From positions 1,152,001 to 1,216,000 of the forward strand of contig CAWDOD010000002.1 in NCBI GenBank assembly GCA_963803805.1: a DNA stretch of 64,000 bases, written 5' to 3'. The notes below the pieces were generated by a model that was given only the letters and a program-made list of their open reading frames with translations, did not search any database and was not told the DNA's origin. Positions 58,672 through 64,000 of this stretch are shown in pieces. The position numbers were made by a program, and so were the translations under genes. Numbering within the stretch: the stretch's first letter is position 1; every line of letters begins with the position of its first letter. The stretch comes from an uncultured cyanobacterium. GTDB taxonomy: Bacteria; Cyanobacteriota; Cyanobacteriia; Cyanobacteriales; CAWCAG01.

Positions 58672-59541
58672 TCAAGCAAGAATCATTCCTGCTAATAAAA
58701 TAAAACCTAACCAAACATTTTGTTGGAAAATCTTGCCGTATAAAGGGCTGGGAACTTCTGCTTTTCTTAATTGTGAATATTGCCAAACCCAACCTATTGT
58801 TGCGACTACTAAAGCTAGCCAAAAGCTTAGTTGCAAATTCATAGCTATACCGAGATAAACTAATAAACCTGCGGTAATAGCGAAGAAAATACCTACAGCT
58901 TCAGCAGCATATTTACCAAAAAAGAGAGCGCTGGAATTGATACCTAGTTTGGCATCATCTTCTTTGTCTGCCATCGCATAAACAGTATCAAATCCTAATG
59001 TCCAAAAAACAGTTGCCCCCCAAAGTAACCAAGTTTCTGTGGTTAATTGTGGGGTTACAGCACTCCAACTAATCAAAACAGCAAAACCCCAAGCGAGGGA
59101 CAAAACTAGTTGAGGTACAGGGAAAAAACGTTTCGCCAGGGGATAACAAATAATTATGGGGACGGCGATCGCACAGAGCAAAAAACTGAGAGGATTAAGA
59201 TAGGTTGCCAAAACAGCAGCACATCCCAAAGCAACTAAAGCAATCACAATACCAACTTTTACAGATAAAGCTTTAGAAGCCAGGGGACGACTTTTGGTTC
59301 TTTCTACTTGAGGATCAATATTACGATCCCAGAGATCATTCACAGTACAACCTGCGGCACTTGTCGCTAAAGTACCTAAAATAACGACTCCCACTAGGCT
59401 TAAAGGAGGTTTCCCCCCAGCCGCCAAAAAAACTGCCCACAAAGCAGGTAACATCAAAATTAGTCTTCCTGCGGGTTTATCCCAACGCAGTAAACGTACA
59501 ATGGTTAACCAAATTGGTTCTTGTGGATATTGAGTTTCCAT
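58672..59541 (-). CDS. ubiA: 4-hydroxybenzoate solanesyltransferase (UbiA family, plastoquinone synthesis)
   Basis: LLRWDKPAG, NDLWDRNIDPQVERTKSRPLAS, YPLAKR, DTVYAMADKEDD. Confidence 0.93.
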   Translation of the reverse strand: METQYPQEPIWLTIVRLLRWDKPAGRLILMLPALWAVFLAAGGKPPLSLVGVVILGTLATSAAGCTVNDLWDRNIDPQVERTKSRPLASKALSVKVGIVIALVALGCAAVLATYLNPLSFLLCAIAVPIIICYPLAKRFFPVPQLVLSLAWGFAVLISWSAVTPQLTTETWLLWGATVFWTLGFDTVYAMADKEDDAKLGINSSALFFGKYAAEAVGIFFAITAGLLVYLGIAMNLQLSFWLALVVATIGWVWQYSQLRKAEVPSPLYGKIFQQNVWLGFILLAGMILA

Positions 59542-59613
59542 AATCTTTAGACAGTAAATTACAATCAGTAAATCAGGGTTCGTAGTTGTTGTTTTATATA
59601 TTTTAAAAAGCTG

Positions 59614-61254
59614 ATGCTTGATTCTATTCTCTCAGTGAAAGCTAATAGTTCTTATATTCCCGTGTCTATTTCTCAAGAAAACTGCGTTATCGCTGCTATC
59701 GATATCGGTACAAATTCTATCCATATGGTAGCGGTTAAAGTGGATTTGACTCTGCCCACTTTTACAATTATTGCCAAAGAAAAGGATACTGTTAGATTAG
59801 GAAATCGTGACCCGAAAACGGGTAATTTAACTCCAGAGGGCATTAAAAGAGCCTTAGCAACCCTGAAACGCTGTCAAGACTTAGCTGAAAGCCTCCAAGC
59901 TATCAAAGTTATTGCCGTGGCTACCAGCGCGGTTAGAGAAGCCCCCAATGGCCAAGATTTTATTGATGAAGTAAAAAAGAAATTAGACTTGTCTATTAAC
60001 CTCATTTCTGGGCAAGAAGAGGCACGGCGTATTTATTTGGGGGTTTTGTCGGGGATGGAGTTTGATAACCGTCCCCACGCTATTATTGATATTGGCGGCG
60101 GTTCTACAGAATTAATTTTGGGGGATGGCCATGCTGCTAGTTTTCTCACCAGTGTTAAAATTGGTGCGGTACGCTTAACTCAAGATTTGGTTAAGAATGA
60201 TCCCCTCACACAGCAAGACTTCCTTTATTTGCAAGCTTATATTCGAGGTAGGTTAGAGCGCCCCATTAATGACTTACTAGATGTTGATCTTTCTGGGGAA
60301 GAACTAAAATTAGTCGGAACTTCAGGAACTATCGAAGCCCTAGCTGCCATCCACGCGAAAGATAAACTTGGTTACACTCCTGATCCTCTTAATGGTTACA
60401 GTTTTAGTCGCAAAGATTTAGAAGAATTGGTAGAAAATTTAGCCAAAAAAGATTATAAAGAACGCCTAAAGGTATCGGGAATGCAAGAAAAGCGGGCAGA
60501 AATTATTGTCCCAGGGGCGATGATCCTTTTAGAAACCATGAAGATGCTGAAAGTTAAATCTATTCGCATTTGTGAAAGGGCTTTAAGGGAAGGGGTAATT
60601 GTTGATTGGATGTTAACCCATAAGTTAATTGAAAGCCGTTTGCGTTACCAAAGTGAAGTGCGTGAACGTAGTGTGATTAAAATTGCCCGTAAATATCAAG
60701 TGGATCTTACCTATGCAGAAAGGGTAGCAAATTTAGCTTTAAGTATTTTTGATCAAACTCAAAATATACTCCACAATTGGACAGAAGAAGAAAGGGAATT
60801 ACTTTGGGCGGCGGCGATGTTACATAATTGTGGTTTATATGTTAGTCATAGTTCCCACCATAAACATTCTTATTACCTAATTCGTAATGGAGAACTTTTA
60901 GGTTATACAGAAATAGAATTAGAGGCGATCGCTAATTTAGCTCGTTATTATCGTAAGAGCAAACCGAAAAAGAAGCATCAACCCTACAGTGATTTTCTTA
61001 ATGATAAATATCGTTTAGTCGTAAGTCAGTTAAGCCCCATCTTGCGTCTAGCAACAGCCTTAGATCGGCGTAAAATTGGTGCAGTTTCTCAAGTGAAGTG
61101 TGACTACAATTCCAAAAAAGAAGAGCTACTTTTAAGCATTACCCCAACTTATCCAGGGGATGATTGTAGTTCGGAATTGTGGAGTGTGGAGGATAAAAAA
61201 GTAGTTTGTGAAGAGGAGTATGGGATTAAGATAGAATCAAAAATTGATAGTTGA
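59614..61254 (+). CDS. ppx: Ppx/GppA exopolyphosphatase family protein
   Basis: AIDIGTNSIH, ATSAVREA, GQEEAR, DIGGGSTE, LREG, HD-like LHNCG. Confidence 0.93.
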   Translation: MLDSILSVKANSSYIPVSISQENCVIAAIDIGTNSIHMVAVKVDLTLPTFTIIAKEKDTVRLGNRDPKTGNLTPEGIKRALATLKRCQDLAESLQAIKVIAVATSAVREAPNGQDFIDEVKKKLDLSINLISGQEEARRIYLGVLSGMEFDNRPHAIIDIGGGSTELILGDGHAASFLTSVKIGAVRLTQDLVKNDPLTQQDFLYLQAYIRGRLERPINDLLDVDLSGEELKLVGTSGTIEALAAIHAKDKLGYTPDPLNGYSFSRKDLEELVENLAKKDYKERLKVSGMQEKRAEIIVPGAMILLETMKMLKVKSIRICERALREGVIVDWMLTHKLIESRLRYQSEVRERSVIKIARKYQVDLTYAERVANLALSIFDQTQNILHNWTEEERELLWAAAMLHNCGLYVSHSSHHKHSYYLIRNGELLGYTEIELEAIANLARYYRKSKPKKKHQPYSDFLNDKYRLVVSQLSPILRLATALDRRKIGAVSQVKCDYNSKKEELLLSITPTYPGDDCSSELWSVEDKKVVCEEEYGIKIESKIDS

Positions 61255-61347
61255 TAGTTAGTATTGTCTAGTTAAAAAGTTGGTGTTGCTAATTTGAAGT
61301 ATAAGATGCTATTGTTTTTAGTTTTTAGTTTTTAGTTTTTAGTTTTG

Positions 61348-61674
61348 ATGTCTATCGTAGCGACTAAAGCTTATGTAGAGTTGAAAAATGAAGGTTACTG
61401 GATTATTGGCACTCGAATTTCCCTAGATTCTGTTATCTACGCTTTTCGTCAAGGGTTATTACCGGAAAGTATTGCTCAATGCTACCCTTTACTTGACCTA
61501 GAAAAGGTATATGGTACTATCACGTTTTACTTAGCAAACCGTGCGGATCTTGATGCCTATATTGCCTCTGAAGAAGAAGCCTTTGCTGCTATGCCACAGC
61601 CTTTACAAAAAGATGCGCCATTTTTATATGAAAAGCTAGTTGATGCTAAAAAGTCTTCACAGCAAGCACAATGA
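61348..61674 (+). CDS. DUF433 domain protein (putative antitoxin)
   Basis: GTRISLDSVIYAF..G..PESIAQCYPLLDLEKVYGTITFYL; ATGA overlap with next gene. Confidence 0.88.
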   Translation: MSIVATKAYVELKNEGYWIIGTRISLDSVIYAFRQGLLPESIAQCYPLLDLEKVYGTITFYLANRADLDAYIASEEEAFAAMPQPLQKDAPFLYEKLVDAKKSSQQAQ

Positions 61675-62039
61675 CCATAATTAGGTTTCAGGCAGATGCC
61701 GATCTAAATCAGGCAATTGTCACAGGAGTTGTTCGCAAGCAACAGGAAATCAACTTTCAAACAGCTACTGAAGCTGCTTTAGAAGGACTAACAGATTTAG
61801 AAGTATTAGCCTTGTCTGCGAATCAGCAAGGTATCTTAGTAACACATGATCGTAGGACAATGCCAACGGAGTTCGCAAAATTTATTGTCAACAAGCAAAG
61901 TTCAGGTGTGTTAATTGTTTCCAGAAAAATAGCTATAGGAATTGTTGTTGAGGAATTGATTTTAATTGGCTTAGTAACAGTTGCCGAGGAATGGATTAAA
62001 TGTACCTTGGAATTGCTAATTAGAAATACAAATAACTAG
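61671..62039 (+). CDS. DUF5615 family PIN-like protein (putative toxin)
   Basis: RFQADADL, GLTDLEVL, ILVTHDRRTMP, SGVLIV. Confidence 0.85.
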   Translation: MTIIRFQADADLNQAIVTGVVRKQQEINFQTATEAALEGLTDLEVLALSANQQGILVTHDRRTMPTEFAKFIVNKQSSGVLIVSRKIAIGIVVEELILIGLVTVAEEWIKCTLELLIRNTNN

Positions 62040-62069
62040 CGGTGAAGATCAACTTCTAAAAGAATTCTG

Positions 62070-62108
62070 AGAAAAGGGCATTACGGCAGAATGGACGTAA
62101 GCCTTTCT
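62070..62108. terminator. Possible hairpin terminator between convergent genes
   Basis: AGAAAAGGGCATTACG...CGTAAGCCTTTCT imperfect stem. Confidence 0.35.
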
Positions 62109-62117
62109 CTACTCTAA

Positions 62118-62747
62118 TTAATAGTCGTCTCGCTCAATATTTTGAACATATCTTGTTCTACGAGGAGAAGCTAATTCTGGATGTCTTCCTGGTAAGGCTT
62201 GGGAAGTTGGTAAATTCATAGGATGGAAGACATGGGTAGTACGGGGAGTACGTTTTGGTTGGGCGGCGATTGCAATTAAACCCACTAGTAAAACACTGCC
62301 AACCACCACTAAAACCACAACTATACCACCTACAGCCCAAATCATCCCTGTTTGAAAGGTTTTTGCCTGTTCTAGGGCTTCTGGGGTAACTTGTTGACTT
62401 TGGACTTGTTCGAGAACTTGTCTTGTCTCCGTGTTTTGTTGATCAAGTTGTAATTTGAGTTGCTCGGTGGCAGTTTTTTGTTGTTCGAGTTCCGTCATCA
62501 GTTGCTCTGTAGCAACCCTTTGTTTCTCTAAATAAGCTCTTAGCTGCGGATCAACATTTAAAGCTACCGTCGCCGGATCAGAGGGCGCTGGAGTTGTTCC
62601 TAGGGGATCAGTAGTTACTGTAGGTGCGCCGGGTTGAGTTTGCATTGGGAAACTAAGTTGCCCAACTCCTTGCCCTCCTCTAAATAAAAGGAGAGTAGCA
62701 ACTCCTGCCATGGCACACCCTGTTAAGAATGCCGTAGTATCACTCAT
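62118..62747 (-). CDS. PatN-like membrane protein (N-terminal hydrophobic segment, Gln-rich coiled coil, C-terminal TM)
   Basis: MSDTTAFLTGCAMAGVATLLL; EQQK.ATEQL heptads; TM WAVGGIVVVLVVVGSVLLVGLI; size and architecture match my recollection of PatN. Confidence 0.55.
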   Translation of the reverse strand: MSDTTAFLTGCAMAGVATLLLFRGGQGVGQLSFPMQTQPGAPTVTTDPLGTTPAPSDPATVALNVDPQLRAYLEKQRVATEQLMTELEQQKTATEQLKLQLDQQNTETRQVLEQVQSQQVTPEALEQAKTFQTGMIWAVGGIVVVLVVVGSVLLVGLIAIAAQPKRTPRTTHVFHPMNLPTSQALPGRHPELASPRRTRYVQNIERDDY

Positions 62748-62912
62748 TTATTTTCTTTCCCTCACACTACGGCTGAATGCAGACCTTTTGGTTGGTTCTG
62801 GATTCACCTTGGGTTTCAAAAATTATAACTAAACTTACTCGACTATGAATGGTAGCACCAATATTCGTTTAGGGCAATTGGGTAAATTCATCCCTGGCAG
62901 TACACAATACTA

Positions 62913-64000
62913 TTATTCTAGAGCCAATCTTCTGGTATCTTCCACCATACGAATGAATTCTTGGCGATATCCTTCTCGATCTTCTCCTTTACCTTCCCTG
63001 GCTAATTCTAATATTTGATTGAAGGTAGTTGCTCCTTTATACTTAGATTCCCTTAGCATCATGCCATAGGCTGCTACAGCAGCAGAAAATTTAAAATCCC
63101 TAGAAGCTTCTTCTAGTGTGAGGTTCGCGTCAGTGAGGGGATTGGCAATCAGTTGAGAGGTTTCTCCCTGGGGTTCTTTGTAACGTAATTTTACATTTAG
63201 TAATTCATTCCCCATAGAGGTTTCTGTATTTATAGGAGGGGTTTGGTAGCGCAGAGGATCTATTTCTGGTAATTCTAGATCCGTTTCCACTCCCACAGGA
63301 ATAATTTCATAAAGGGCAGTAACAGAATGTCCTGCCCCTAATTCCCCGGCATCTTTAGTATCATCGTTAAAATCTTGGTCTTGTAAAAGACGATTTTCGT
63401 AACCGATTAAGCGATATGCTTGAACTTTTTCTGGGTTGAATTCTACTTGCAATTTTACATCTTTAGCAATAGTGAATAGAGTTGCTCCCATTTCCTTGAC
63501 AAGTACTTTTCTCGCTTCTAAAAGACTATCTATATAAGCATAGTTGCCATTACCTTTATTAGCTAATTGTTCTATTTTTGCATCTTGCAAATTTCCTGTA
63601 CCGAAGCCCAATGTAGTGAGAAAAATACCATCCTGGCGCTTTTCTTCAATCAAACGAACTAATTCCGCCTCACTAGAAACACCAACGTTAAAGTCTCCAT
63701 CCGTAGCCAAAATAACGCGGTTATTTCCAGATTTAATAAAGTTATCTTTAGCAAGTTTATAAGCAAGATTAATACCTTCTCCCCCTGCGGTTGAACCTCC
63801 CGCTTCTAAACTATTTATAGCCGCCAGAATTTTATCTTTTTGATTCCCAGGGGTAGGAAGTAGAACGACTCCTGCCGCCCCAGCATAAACAACAATGGTG
63901 ACGCGATCATTGCCATCTAATTCATTAACTAAGAGTTGGAAAGCAGACTTTAATAAAGGCAGTTTATCAGGAGAGTCCATAGAACCGGAAACGTCCAATA
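62913..64000 (-). CDS. VWA domain protein, YfbK/DUF3520 type (5'-partial)
   Basis: MIDAS DVSGSM, GSTAGG, LATDGDFNVG, TIAKDVK, YRLIGYENR, DAGELGAGHSVTALYE. Confidence 0.92.
   Translation of the reverse strand, partial: LDVSGSMDSPDKLPLLKSAFQLLVNELDGNDRVTIVVYAGAAGVVLLPTPGNQKDKILAAINSLEAGGSTAGGEGINLAYKLAKDNFIKSGNNRVILATDGDFNVGVSSEAELVRLIEEKRQDGIFLTTLGFGTGNLQDAKIEQLANKGNGNYAYIDSLLEARKVLVKEMGATLFTIAKDVKLQVEFNPEKVQAYRLIGYENRLLQDQDFNDDTKDAGELGAGHSVTALYEIIPVGVETDLELPEIDPLRYQTPPINTETSMGNELLNVKLRYKEPQGETSQLIANPLTDANLTLEEASRDFKFSAAVAAYGMMLRESKYKGATTFNQILELAREGKGEDREGYRQEFIRMVEDTRRLALE

Noticed and set aside
173-63762. Many short antisense or nested ORFs in the track (e.g. 173-538, 10281-10700, 22782-23150, 54267-54518)
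   Set aside because: Shadow frames of well-supported genes with no motifs of their own

Overview
Chromosomal window from a cyanobacterium: it carries psaD, psb30 and crtR, roughly 30 HIP1 octamers GCGATCGC counted by eye, and STRR-type tandem repeats. Housekeeping genes include trpE, pnp, cobO, recJ, hemD, pfkA, a ubiA/plqA-type prenyltransferase, ppx/gppA and an intron-less tRNA-Leu(UAA). These are interspersed with many signalling genes, two DUF433/DUF5615 toxin-antitoxin-like pairs, two Uma2 genes and several small mobile or repeat elements. The most striking locus is a four-gene operon at 37479-42397 (-). It encodes an ammonium transporter fused to HAMP-like, PAS and PP2C/SpoIIE phosphatase domains, then a small GHKL kinase-like protein, a STAS-like protein and a PAS adenylate cyclase. 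I infer an ammonium-sensing partner-switching circuit (SiaABCD-like) with cAMP output. Other notable items: a divergently encoded kinase whose CcaS/RcaE-like GAF appears to have Ser in place of the bilin-binding Cys; a pair of exported clan CD proteases (TPR-CHAT and Tat caspase-like) with flanking direct repeats and a nested MITE; and single-base frameshifts in pnp and a hybrid kinase that may be assembly errors. All family calls come from motif recognition by eye; no database searches were run.
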